NCBI RefSeq assembly: GCF_004010195.1
Contig: NC_057718.1
Span: 75,620,011-75,677,705, forward strand
From: Chiloscyllium plagiosum
Lineage: Eukaryota
DNA: 57,695 nucleotides
Direction: 5' to 3'
In this document: positions 11,986 through 23,150 of the stretch, in pieces
How positions within the stretch are numbered: position 1 is the first letter of the stretch
Layout of the letters: every line of letters starts with the position of its first letter
Notes under the pieces: model-generated
The model's input: the letters and a program-made list of their open reading frames with translations, nothing else
Databases searched by the model: none
Told to the model about the DNA's origin: nothing
Made by a program: the position numbers and the translations under genes

Positions 11986-14110
11986 AGGTAGATGGGTGGG
12001 GATGATTGATGGAAGGCCAGGTTGGTAGATAGGCAAAGATTAGTGATGGAAAGCCAGGTAGGCAGATAGGCGGGGTTATTGATGGAAGGCCAGATTGGCA
12101 GAGAGGCAGGAATTAGTGATGGAAGACCAGATAGGCAGATAGGCAGGAATTAGTGATGGAAGGCCATATAGGCAGATGGGTGGGGATTATTGATGGAAGG
12201 CCAGGTAGGCAGAAAGGCGGGGATTAGTGATGGAAGGCCAGATAGGCGGGGATTAGTGATGGAAGGCCAGGTAGGCAGATGGGTGGGGATTAGTGACAGA
12301 AGGCCAGGTTGGCAGATGGGCGGGGTTATAATGGAAGGCCAGATAGGCAGAGAGGCAAAAATTAGTGATGGAAGACCAGATAGGCAGATAGGCGGAGATT
12401 AGAGATGGAAGGCCAGATAGGCAGATAGTCAGCGATTAGAGATGGAAGGCCAGATAGGCAGATAGTCAGCGATTAGAGATGGAAGGCCAGATAGGCAGAT
12501 AGTCAGCGATTAGAGATGGAAGGCCAGATAGGCAGATAGTCAGCGATTAGAGATGGAAGGCCAGATAGGCAGATAGTCAGCGATTAGAGATGGAAGGCCA
12601 GATAGGCAGATAGTCAGCGATTAGAGATGGAAGGCCAGATAGGCAGATAGTCAGCGATTAGAGATGGAAGGCCAGATAGGCAGATAGTCAGCGATTAGAG
12701 ATGGAAGGCCAGATAGGCAGATAGTCAGCGATTAGAGATGGAAGGCCAGATAGGCAGATAGTCAGCGATTAGAGATGGAAGGCCAGATAGGCAGATAGTC
12801 AGCGATTAGAGATGGAAGGCCAGATAGGCAGATAGTCAGCGATTAGAGATGGAAGGCCAGATAGGCAGATAGTCAGCGATTAGAGATGGAAGGCCAGATA
12901 GGCAGATAGTCAGCGATTAGAGATGGAAGGCCAGATAGGCAGATAGTCAGCGATTAGAGATGGAAGGCCAGATAGGCAGATAGTCAGCGATTAGAGATGG
13001 AAGGCCAGATAGGCAGATAGGCGGAGATTAGTGATGGAAAGCCAAATAGACAGATAGGCGGGGAATAGTGATGGAAGGCCAGGTAGGCAGATAGGCAGGG
13101 ATTAGTGATGGAAGGCCAGGTAGGCAGATAGGCAGGGATTAGTGATGGAAGGCCAGGTAGGCAGGTAGGCGGGGAATTTTGATGGAAGGCCAGGTAGGCA
13201 GATAGGCAGAAATTAGTGATGGAAGACCAGATAGGCAGATAGGCGGAGATTAGAGATGGAAGGCCAGATAGGCAGATAGTCAGCGATTAGAGATGGAAGG
13301 CCAGATAGGCAGATAGGCGGAGATTAGTGATGGAAAGCCAAATAGACAGATAGGCGGGGAATTTTGATGGAAGGCCAGGTAGGCAGATAGGCAGGGATTA
13401 GTGATGGACGGCCAGATAGGCAGATAGGTGGGGATTATTGACGGAAGGACAGTAAGGCAGATAGGCGGAGATTAGTGATGGAAAGCCAGGTAGGCAGATG
13501 GGTGGGGATTATTGATAGAAGGCCAGGTAGGCAGATGGGTGGGGATTATTGATGGAAGGCCAGATAGGCAGAAAGGTGGGGATTAGTGATGGAAGGCCAG
13601 ATAGGCAGATAGGTGGGGATTATTGATGGAAGGCCAGATTGGCAGATAGGCGGGTTATTGATGGAAGGCCAGATAGGCAGAGAGGCAGAAATTAGTGATG
13701 GAAGAGCAGTTCGGCAGATAGTCAGCGATTAGGGATGGAAGACCAGGTAGGCAGATAATCGGGGATTAGTGATGGAAGGCAAGGTAGGCAGATAGGCGGA
13801 GATTAGTGATGGAAAGCCAGGTAGGCAGATGGGTGGGGATTATTGATAGAAGGCCAGGTAGGCAGATGGGTGGGGATTAGTGACAGAAGGCCAGGTTGGC
13901 AGATGGGCGGGGTTATAATGGAAGGCCAGATAGGCAGAGAGGCAGAAATTAGTGATGGAAGAGCAGATAGGCAGATAGTCAGCGATTAGGGATGGAAGAC
14001 CAGGTAGGCAGATAATCGGGGATTAGTGATGGAAGGCAAGGTAGGCAGATAGGCGGAGATTAGTGATGGAAAGCCAGATAGGCAGATAGGTGGGGATTAT
14101 TGACGGAAGG
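11985..14110. repeat. 37-bp minisatellite, left block
   Basis: Unit ATTAGWGATGGAAGGCCAGRTAGGCAGATAGKCRGSG; 16 identical copies of attagagatggaaggccagataggcagatagtcagcg at 12398-12989. Confidence 0.97.
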
Positions 14111-14602
14111 NNNNNNNNNNNNNNNNNNNNNNNNNNNNNNNNNNNNNNNNNNNNNNNNNNNNNNNNNNNNNNNNNNNNNNNNNNNNNNNNNNNNNNNNNN
14201 NNNNNNNNNNNNNNNNNNNNNNNNNNNNNNNNNNNNNNNNNNNNNNNNNNNNNNNNNNNNNNNNNNNNNNNNNNNNNNNNNNNNNNNNNNNNNNNNNNNN
14301 NNNNNNNNNNNNNNNNNNNNNNNNNNNNNNNNNNNNNNNNNNNNNNNNNNNNNNNNNNNNNNNNNNNNNNNNNNNNNNNNNNNNNNNNNNNNNNNNNNNN
14401 NNNNNNNNNNNNNNNNNNNNNNNNNNNNNNNNNNNNNNNNNNNNNNNNNNNNNNNNNNNNNNNNNNNNNNNNNNNNNNNNNNNNNNNNNNNNNNNNNNNN
14501 NNNNNNNNNNNNNNNNNNNNNNNNNNNNNNNNNNNNNNNNNNNNNNNNNNNNNNNNNNNNNNNNNNNNNNNNNNNNNNNNNNNNNNNNNNNNNNNNNNNN
14601 NN
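14111..14602. other. Assembly gap
   Basis: N run. Confidence 1.
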
Positions 14603-14774
14603 AATCTTTATTCAATTTCCACCATCAGGAAGATAGGAAAACACCCGGGTGGCCAGTGACAAACACTGCCCTTCACATCAAAGGGCAGTGCTGTGTGATC
14701 AAAACAGTGAAGGGGAGGGTAGGGACTAAATCAAAATAGAGTTGGAGGGAGAAATGATGCACTCCACTCCCTGC
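14603..14774 (-). mobile_element. Tx1 3'-end copy A (truncated)
   Basis: Near-identical to copies B-D; last ORF2 codons plus 3' UTR. Confidence 0.85.
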
Positions 14775-14790
14775 CCTCTTGTTTAAAAAA

Positions 14791-15227
14791 ATTTTTTTTT
14801 ATTTTTTTCTTTTTTTTTCTTTTTGTAAGAGAGTGCTGATTTTTTTTTTTTTTTTGTTTTTACCCCCACACTACCACCTAAGTGCGGTAGTGCTTATTTT
14901 ATCTCCAGCACCCATGGTGTGTGTGTGCAGGTGTGAGACACAGTTGAAAGACACAAAGTGCACGAATCTTTATTCAATTTCCACCACCAGGAAGATAGGA
15001 AAACACCCGAGTGGCCAGTGACAAGCAGTGCCCTTCACATCAAAGCGCAGTGCTGTGTGATCAAAACAGTGAAGGGGAGGGTAGGGACTAAATCAAAATA
15101 GAGTTGGAGGGAGAAATGATGCACTCCACTCCCTGTGGCTCCCACCTCTCCCTGAACAACTCCAGGGTGTTGGTGGACACTGCGTGCTCCTTCTCCAAGG
15201 ACACCCAGGCTCTAACGTAACCGCGGA
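14791..15227 (-). mobile_element. Tx1 3'-end copy B with extended 3' UTR and poly(A)
   Basis: Poly-T tracts at 14792-14861 on +; ORF2 tail matches 15956-16095; 5'-truncated at ccgcgga. Confidence 0.88.
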
Positions 15228-15635
15228 GTGTGGGGATTATTGATGGAAGGCCAGGTAGGCAGATAGGCGGAGATTAATGATGGAAGGCCAGGTAGGCAAA
15301 TGGGTGGAGATTATTGATGGAAGGCTAGATAGGCAGATAGGCGGGAATTACTGATTGAAGACCAGGTAGGAAGATGGGTGGGGATTAGTGATGGAAGGTC
15401 AGATAGGCTGATAGGCAGGGATTAGTGATGGAAGGCCAGGTAGGCAGATAGGCGGGAATGAGTGATGGAAGGCCTGGTAAGCAGATAGGCAGGAATTATT
15501 GATGGGCGGCCAGGTAGGCAGATAGGCAGAGATTAGTGATGAAAGGCCAGATAGGCAGATAGGTGGGAATTAGTGATGGAACACCAGATAGGCAGGTATT
15601 ATTGATGGAAGGCCAGGTCGGCAGATAGGCTGGGA
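15228..15635. repeat. 37-bp minisatellite, middle block (~11 units)
   Basis: Same unit as 11985-14110. Confidence 0.95.
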
Positions 15636-15799
15636 TTTTTTTTTCTCTTCTTTTTTTAAAGACACAAAGTGTACGAATTTTTATTAAATTTCCACCACCA
15701 GGAAGATAGGAAAACTCCCGGGTAGCCAGTGACAAACATTGCCCTTCACATCAAAGGGCAATGCTGTGTGATCAAAACAGTGAAAGGGAGGGGAGGGAC
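15636..15799 (-). mobile_element. Tx1 3'-end copy C (3' UTR plus poly(A))
   Basis: Poly-T joined directly to minisatellite gggat; UTR homologous to A/B/D. Confidence 0.88.
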
Positions 15800-15806
15800 A
15801 CTCCTG

Positions 15807-16250
15807 TTTATTTTTTATTTTTTAAGTGCACGAATTTTTATTCAATTTCCACCACCAGGAAGATAGGAAAACATTCGGGTGGCCAGTGACAAACACTGCC
15901 CTTCCCATCAAAGGGCAGTGCTGTGTGATCAAAACAGTGAAGGGGAGGATAGGGACTAAATCAAAATAGAGTTGGAGGGAGAAATAATGCACTCCACTCC
16001 CTGCGGCGCCCGCCTCTCCCTGAACAACTCCAGGGTGTTGGTCGACACCGCGTGCTCCTTCTCCAAGGACACCCGGGCTCTAACGTAACCGCGGAAGAGG
16101 GGCAGGCAGCCGGCCCTAACGACCCCCTCCACGGCCCGCTGCCTGGACCTGTTAATGGCCAGTTTGGCCAGGCCCAGGAGCAGAACCACGAGGAGATCTT
16201 CAGACCTGCCCTCCTTCCTCCGTACCGGGTGCCCAAAGATCAGGAGCATG
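15807..16250 (-). mobile_element. Tx1 3'-end copy D, ORF2 C-terminus open into the gap
   Basis: ORF 15956-16249 LLIFGHP…LLLGLAKLAINRSRQ…LFRGYVRARVSLEKEH…; GC- and CpG-rich, so young. Confidence 0.88.
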
Positions 16251-17181
16251 NNNNNNNNNNNNNNNNNNNNNNNNNNNNNNNNNNNNNNNNNNNNNNNNNN
16301 NNNNNNNNNNNNNNNNNNNNNNNNNNNNNNNNNNNNNNNNNNNNNNNNNNNNNNNNNNNNNNNNNNNNNNNNNNNNNNNNNNNNNNNNNNNNNNNNNNNN
16401 NNNNNNNNNNNNNNNNNNNNNNNNNNNNNNNNNNNNNNNNNNNNNNNNNNNNNNNNNNNNNNNNNNNNNNNNNNNNNNNNNNNNNNNNNNNNNNNNNNNN
16501 NNNNNNNNNNNNNNNNNNNNNNNNNNNNNNNNNNNNNNNNNNNNNNNNNNNNNNNNNNNNNNNNNNNNNNNNNNNNNNNNNNNNNNNNNNNNNNNNNNNN
16601 NNNNNNNNNNNNNNNNNNNNNNNNNNNNNNNNNNNNNNNNNNNNNNNNNNNNNNNNNNNNNNNNNNNNNNNNNNNNNNNNNNNNNNNNNNNNNNNNNNNN
16701 NNNNNNNNNNNNNNNNNNNNNNNNNNNNNNNNNNNNNNNNNNNNNNNNNNNNNNNNNNNNNNNNNNNNNNNNNNNNNNNNNNNNNNNNNNNNNNNNNNNN
16801 NNNNNNNNNNNNNNNNNNNNNNNNNNNNNNNNNNNNNNNNNNNNNNNNNNNNNNNNNNNNNNNNNNNNNNNNNNNNNNNNNNNNNNNNNNNNNNNNNNNN
16901 NNNNNNNNNNNNNNNNNNNNNNNNNNNNNNNNNNNNNNNNNNNNNNNNNNNNNNNNNNNNNNNNNNNNNNNNNNNNNNNNNNNNNNNNNNNNNNNNNNNN
17001 NNNNNNNNNNNNNNNNNNNNNNNNNNNNNNNNNNNNNNNNNNNNNNNNNNNNNNNNNNNNNNNNNNNNNNNNNNNNNNNNNNNNNNNNNNNNNNNNNNNN
17101 NNNNNNNNNNNNNNNNNNNNNNNNNNNNNNNNNNNNNNNNNNNNNNNNNNNNNNNNNNNNNNNNNNNNNNNNNNNNNNNNN
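16251..17181. other. Assembly gap
   Basis: N run. Confidence 1.
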
Positions 17182-18085
17182 GAGATTTAGAGGTGGAATA
17201 TCAGATAGGCAGATAGGCGGGAATTAGTGATGGAAGGTCAGATAGGCAGATAGGCGGAGATTTAGAGATGGAATGTCAGATAGGCAGATAGGTGGGGATT
17301 ATTGATGGAAGGCCCGGTAGGCAGACGGGCGGGGATTATTGATGGAAGGCCAGGTAGGAAGATGGGTGGGGATTAGTGATGGAAGGCATGGTAAGCAGAT
17401 GGGTGGGGATTAGTGATGGAAGGCCAGGTAGGCAGATAGGCGGAGATTAGTGATGGAAGGCCAGGTAGGAAGATGGGTGTGGATTAGTGATGGAAGGTCA
17501 GATAGGCAGATAGGCGGGGATTAGTGATGGAAGGCTTGGTAGGCAGATAGGCGGGAATTAGTGATGGAAGGCCAGGTAGGCAGATGGGTGGGGATTAGTG
17601 ATGGAAGGTCAGGTAGGTAGATAGTCAGGGATTACTGATGGAAGGCCAGATAGGCGGGGAGTATTGATGGAAGGCCAGGTAGGCAGATAGGCGGGTATTA
17701 GTGATGGAATGCCAGGTAGACAGATAGGCGGGGATTATTGGTGGAAGGCCAGGTAGGCAGATAGTCAGGGATTATTGATGGAAGGCCAAGGAGGCAGATA
17801 GGCGGGGATTAGAGATGGATGGTCAGATAGGCAGATAGGCGGGAATTAGTGATGGAAGGCCAGGTAGGCAGATAGGTGGAGATTAGTGATGGAAGGCCAG
17901 GTAGGCAGATAGGTGGAGATTATTGATGGAAGGCCAGGTAGGCAGATGGGCAGGAACTATTAATGGAGGGCCAGGTAGGCAGATGGGCAAGGATTATTGA
18001 TGGAAGGCTATGTAGGTAGATGGGTGGGGAGTATTCATGAAAGACCAGGTAGGCAGTTGGGTGGGGATTATTGATGGAACACCAT
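17182..18085. repeat. 37-bp minisatellite, right block
   Basis: Same unit, degenerating toward 18085. Confidence 0.95.
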
Positions 18086-18329
18086 GACAGAGGAGAAGCT
18101 GAATAAGTGATAATGAGAGCTTAGTGTAGCAGAGAATATGCAGATTGCGCTGAAAGCAACTCACGTCCTGTGGTAATACTAAGAATGTGTGAGAATGAGT
18201 TAGCTGTGCAAAAGCAACCATGTCATGATAGGACCAAGATGTGGAGTTTGGCAAAAAGAGTGGCAGAATGGAATCAGGATCTATAGTTATTAAACCTATT
18301 GTGCAATCCTTGCGGTTGCAGGGTCCCCA

Positions 18330-19125
18330 AACAGAAAAGGAGATGCTGTTCTTCGAGTTTGAGGTGAGGCAAGCTGGAGCACTACTGTTGGCCTGGAACA
18401 GAAATGTTGGCATAGGAACATGGTGATATTTTCAGCGGTAGTCAACCGGAAGGTCAGATTATTTTTACGACCAATATGCAGGAGTTCTGCAAAGCAATCA
18501 CCTCTTTTGCGTTTGGTCTCTCCAAAGTGAAGGAAATTACACTGAACAGTGAATCCAGTGGACTAGATTGAATGAAGTGTGAGTAAATTGCTGCTTCACG
18601 TGGAAGGTACATCTGAGTCCTTGAATTGTGAGGAGCAAGGAGGTAAATGACAGGTGTTACACATGCTTGAATTGAATGGAAGGTATCGTGGTGGTGTGGG
18701 GTGTTGTTGGGAATGGAGGAGGAGTGGACCATGGTGTCCCAGAAGGAACGGTCCCTGTGAAATGTTGACAAAGAAGCGTTGGGGAATTGTGTATTCGATG
18801 CTGGCATCCTACTGGAAGTGAGTGAAATGGCAGTTTATGATCTTTTGGGTGCAGAGTCTGTTGGAGTGGTAAGTGAGAATGGGAGAACCTATCGTTCCTG
18901 TGGGAGGAAGAGAAGGGGTGAGGGCAGAAGTGCGGGAGATGAGTCAAACATGATTGCTCTCAACTGTCAACATTTGCCCTATCAACATCAGGGAATCCTT
19001 AGTTGAGGAAAAAAGTGGACATTTCTGAGAGCCCCCATGCAGAAGTGGCATCATCAGAACAGATACAACAGAGATGGAGAAAGTGGGAGGATGGGGTGGG
19101 GCCCTTACAGGAAGCAGGGTATGAC
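18330..19125 (-). mobile_element. Old Penelope-like element, GIY-YIG/RT C-terminal region
   Basis: Homologous to 29040-29850 (e.g. STFHRDRSFWDTMVHSS; aggtgttacac; ggtctctcca). Confidence 0.75.
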
Positions 19126-19126
19126 A

Positions 19127-20260
19127 ATTGATTGATTGATTTGATTTATTGTCATGTGTACCTAAGTAAATGAAAAGCTTTGTTTGCGAGCAGTGCAGCA
19201 GTTCATAGTAAGCAAGGACATACAGATCATAAGGTGAAAAAAACCTGGATGGAGTGAGGCATACAGTTTACACTGCACAGGGCATGTGCAAGGCAAGAAC
19301 AACATTAAAAAGATCAACATTATTTGAAGAAGCTGTTCCTAAACCTGCTGGTGCACATATTCAAGCTTTTGTATCTTCTGCCTGACAGAAAAGGATAGGA
19401 GAGCATTACCTGGGAGGCAGGGTCTTTGATGATGTTCACAGCCTTTCCATGACAATAAGAAATGTAAATGGAGTCCATGGATGGGTGCTTGGCTTCTGTG
19501 ATGGTCTGTGCACACATCCTTCTGTAGTTTCTTATCATTCTGGGCAGAGCGGTTGCCATAGCAGGCCATTATGCACCCAGACAGTAAGCTTTCAAATGTG
19601 CATCTGTAAAGGTTAGTGGATGTGCCAAATTTCCTGAGCCGCCTGAGGAACAAGAGGTGTTGTTAGGCCTTAACTGTCACATCAACGTGGGATCTCCAGG
19701 ATAGATTGTGGGTTATCGTTACTCCAAGGAACTTGACACTCCATTGATACAGATGGGGGGGTGTTCTCTCCCTTTCTTTCTGTAGTCAATGGCCAGTTCG
19801 TTAGTTTTACCAACATTGAGAGAAAAGTTTTTACTTTGCACCATGTCACCAAGCCCTCTACCTCCTTTATGTAATCTGACTCATCATTGTTAGATATCAG
19901 TCCTACCACAGTGGTGTCATCAGCAAACTTGTAGATGGCGTATGTTTGGAAATTAGCAACAGAATCATGGGTGTACAGGGAGTACAGTAGAGGGCTGAGA
20001 ATGCATTCTTTGGGGGGCTCCAGTGTCATTGTGGAAGAGGTGGAATTGCCTACCTTCACTGATTGCAGTCTGTGGATCAGAAAGCTAAGGATGCAGTTGC
20101 AGAGGGCAGAGCCAAGATCAAGGTTTCAGTTTTGAGATCAGTGTGGAGGGGATTATGGCATTGAAGGCAGAGCTGTAGTCGATGAGCAGGAATCTGACAT
20201 AGGTGTCAGTGTTATCCAAATGTTTCAGGGGTGAACGCAGGTCTAGGGAAATGGCGTCCA
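19127..20260 (-). mobile_element. Rex1/Babar-like LINE 3' ~1.1 kb inserted in the Penelope
   Basis: CILSPLLYSLYTHD, KFADDTTVVGLISNNDES, FLRRLRKFG..LYRCT.ESLLSGCI and RFRNSFF; (AATC)n-type tail at ~19127-19150. Confidence 0.85.
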
Positions 20261-20727
20261 ATGTATAGTTGAGGTAACTATGGAAGTCAGTGGGTTTGTA
20301 ATGGAGATCAGTGGCCAGTTTATCCCCAGAAAATGCAAACAGAAGTGTTGAGGAAGGGAGGAGTCAGAGATGAAAGCAGGGTGTAAATTGTAAGTGAAAT
20401 AGATAAACTTCTCCAATTCAAAATGAGAGAGAGGGGAGCAACACTAATGTACCAGAGAAAGGGTTACAGGTGGGAGCCAGAAGAGGACTGGAACAAAGAA
20501 TGTTCCAGGTACCTCACAAGGAGACAGGCACAATTAGGGCCCATATGGGTATCCATGGCCACACTTTTGATCTGATGAAAATGAGAGAAGTTCAAGAAAA
20601 GTTTTCAAAGTAAGGATGAGCTCAACCAGTCAGAGGAGGGTGGTGGTGGATAGGGATGATTAAAGCCTTTTTTACAGGAAGAAGCCGAGAGCCCAAAGAC
20701 CATCCTGATGTGGAGCGGATGTGTATA

Positions 20728-20808
20728 GGTGAAGAGGAGGGGGCTGGTGTCCATGGTGAAGAGGAGGCGGCTGGTGTCCATGGTGAAGAGGAGGCGACTG
20801 GTGTCCAT
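20728..20808. repeat. 27-bp tandem repeat x3
   Basis: ggtgaagaggaggcggctggtgtccat-like unit repeated three times. Confidence 0.9.
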
Positions 20809-21219
20809 GATTTTGAAACCGATGTAAAGCGCAAGAAGAATTGCAGATTGAAGTGAGAAAGGACTGGACAAGGGAGAGAAATAATTGAGTTGAGGTAGGA
20901 AGAAATAAGTTGGGTGGGGCAGGAACATGCTGAAACAATGGGTCTGCTGGATAGTCCTGATGGTGGACTTTGGGGAGAAGGTGAAAAGCACATTTTAAGG
21001 GGTTGGGTTCTAGCAGCTGGGAGGCTGTCAGTGGGAGATCCCTAGATGAAAAGTGGTTGGTTACTGTTGTGGACACAATGGCTTGATACTCAATGGCGGA
21101 GTCGGGCTGGGAGAGATAGAAGGAGGTATTTGACAGCTGGCATTCAGCCTCAATGTAGAAGTCAATATGCCAAACAAGAGCGTATTGACCAAACCTTATT
21201 GGCAGGCTTGAAGACACAG

Positions 21220-21315
21220 CTGAAAATGTGTTGCTGGAAAAGCGCAGCAAATCAGGCAGCATCCAAGGAGCAGGAGAATCGACATTTCGGGCATGAGCCC
21301 TTCTTCAGGAATCTT
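21220..21315 (-). mobile_element. Young mini-Penelope terminal fragment with 17-bp flanking duplication
   Basis: caggcttgaagacacag at 21203-21219 and 21316-21332; near-identical insert at ~54069-54160. Confidence 0.85.
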
Positions 21316-22056
21316 CAGGCTTGAAGACACAGTCAGGATTAGATCTGTTAGCATGGAGTGCATTCAGTTCAGACAGAGATAGGTTAGAATGGATAAGGAT
21401 GGCAGAGAAATTAAGGTACCTTATTCAGCTTTTCTTCTGTCCTGGTCTACTATCAATAATCCACTTGTCTGCTTACCCCTTTCATATCTCTTGTTTTCTC
21501 TCTGAGTTCCATCACCGCAAATCTGCTCACCTCCACCATAATCCTTCCCACACCTCCACACCCCTCAAACCTCTCAACTGTTTAGTATATATACCACTTG
21601 TCTGCTGACATCATTGGCCCTCATCCTACAACATCCCATTTTTTCCAACTGAAAAATGCCCATAAGTATTGGTGTGAATGTGTTGGTGATGCCTGGGGGA
21701 GAGATGTCAATGCATTAGGATGGCCAAGAATTAGAGTCCCACAGGGCTGTGACCCATATAGATTATCGGTCTGTGTAGACTTTTCTTTCCCATTAAAAGC
21801 CTTTATTTTGTTGTTCCTGCAGCCCCTCCCTCACAGGTTGAGTCACTTACACTGTCCACTCTGTGTATGATTGCAGCCATTTCCTTCCCAATGCGCACTT
21901 CTGATTTCCAGCATGAGGGAAGGAAACAGTGATCACTCCACATCCAGCGAGTCTGCTCACCTTCTCTCCCAGCCCTTGGATATGATGTGACATGACAAGT
22001 ATGATCATATCCTGCCCTCACACTTCCTCCTTGAAACTAGACTGCTCCAGAGGGAC

Positions 22057-22244
22057 AAGATTAGAGTAGTGCTGGAAAAGCACAGTAGGTCAGGCAGCAT
22101 CTGAGGAGCAGGAAAACCCTTCATCAGGCTTTTGCCTGAAACGTCAATTTTCCTGCTCCTCGGATGCTGCCTGACCTGCTGTGCTTTTCCAGCACTACTC
22201 TAATCTTGACTCTAATCTCCAGCATCTGCAGTACTCACTTTTGC
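22057..22244. mobile_element. Palindromic mini-Penelope with 15-bp TSD
   Basis: Inverted arms 22057-22116 and 22148-22207; ctgctcYagagggac at 22042-22056 and 22245-22259. Confidence 0.88.
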
Positions 22245-23029
22245 CTGCTCTAGAGGGACTAAACTCTCCTGCATGACCCACTTGCTGTCCATGCTTTAAT
22301 GTGTCCATCTTCACAGATACTCTGATCCTCTTGACAATTATCATCCCACTTACCTCCCAACCTGCAGTCCCTGTATTGAAAAACTTGTTAAGTCTTCTTC
22401 CTGTATAAGTGGCCCCCAAGTTCCCCCTGCCACCACCCCTTACTGTGTAGTTTCTGCTTATGGATCTGATCAACTGGCCATGGCCAACCCCCTTGAGTTA
22501 TCCAACCAGACAGCCCAGACCAAAAGTGCCCAGACCACCTGATTGGTGACTGTACATCTCCCCGACTGTGTTAGCCCCATTCTCCACTATGGAGTCACAG
22601 GACTGACTGTGGCCCACTCCCTGGACTTCAGAGGCATGAACCTCCTGACTGAGAACATTCCAAGGAGATGACTGATCGTAGTCAATCCCCTGAACTGGTA
22701 ACTGAGACTGCCCTTGACTTACTACGTGTGCCCTCTGACTGATGGGTGACTCAATCAACTTTAGTGTGGACTCGCTCCCTGATATTTTGAGACATAGCTG
22801 TCTGCACATCAGATGTGTTTGACATTTAAGTTGCTGGCAGATGGTGCAGTGAGGTTCATAGCACACTGACATAAAGAAAGTAAGCAATGCTGACCAGCAA
22901 GGCAAGCTGCCTGGTTGTATGACTGCTAATTGGGATATCAAGAGAAAAGAAGATATGGACGCTACAAGCACGCAAGTAGGCACATCAGTGAGTGAATGAG
23001 TGAGTGCCTGGAGAGCAAGCAAGCCGCCC

Positions 23030-23150
23030 TGAGATGCAGAAATTGCTGAGAAATCTCAGTAGGTCTGGCAGCATTTGTGGAGAGAGTAGAGTTGAAGTTT
23101 CGAGTTTCCAGCAATTTCTACTTTTGCCTTTGATTTTCAGCATCCACAGC
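23030..23150. mobile_element. Degraded Penelope-like terminal remnant
   Basis: cagaaattgctg…ctcagtaggtctggcagcat…ccagcaatttct…cagcatccacag. Confidence 0.55.

Larger units (their letters stand above)
20261..21430 (-). mobile_element. Old Penelope-like element, RT region (continuation)
   Basis: Homologous to 29880-30300 (ccatggccacacttttga ~ KGVAMG; LLFTMD; FHLLPKVH). Confidence 0.75.

Noticed and set aside
12398..13020. CRISPR-like array of 37-bp repeats
   Set aside because: Units are directly adjacent with no unique spacers, there are no cas genes, and the context is vertebrate; it is a minisatellite.
14090..17227. Long ORFs of 172-391 aa in the ORF track
   Set aside because: They consist mostly of X residues from N gaps.
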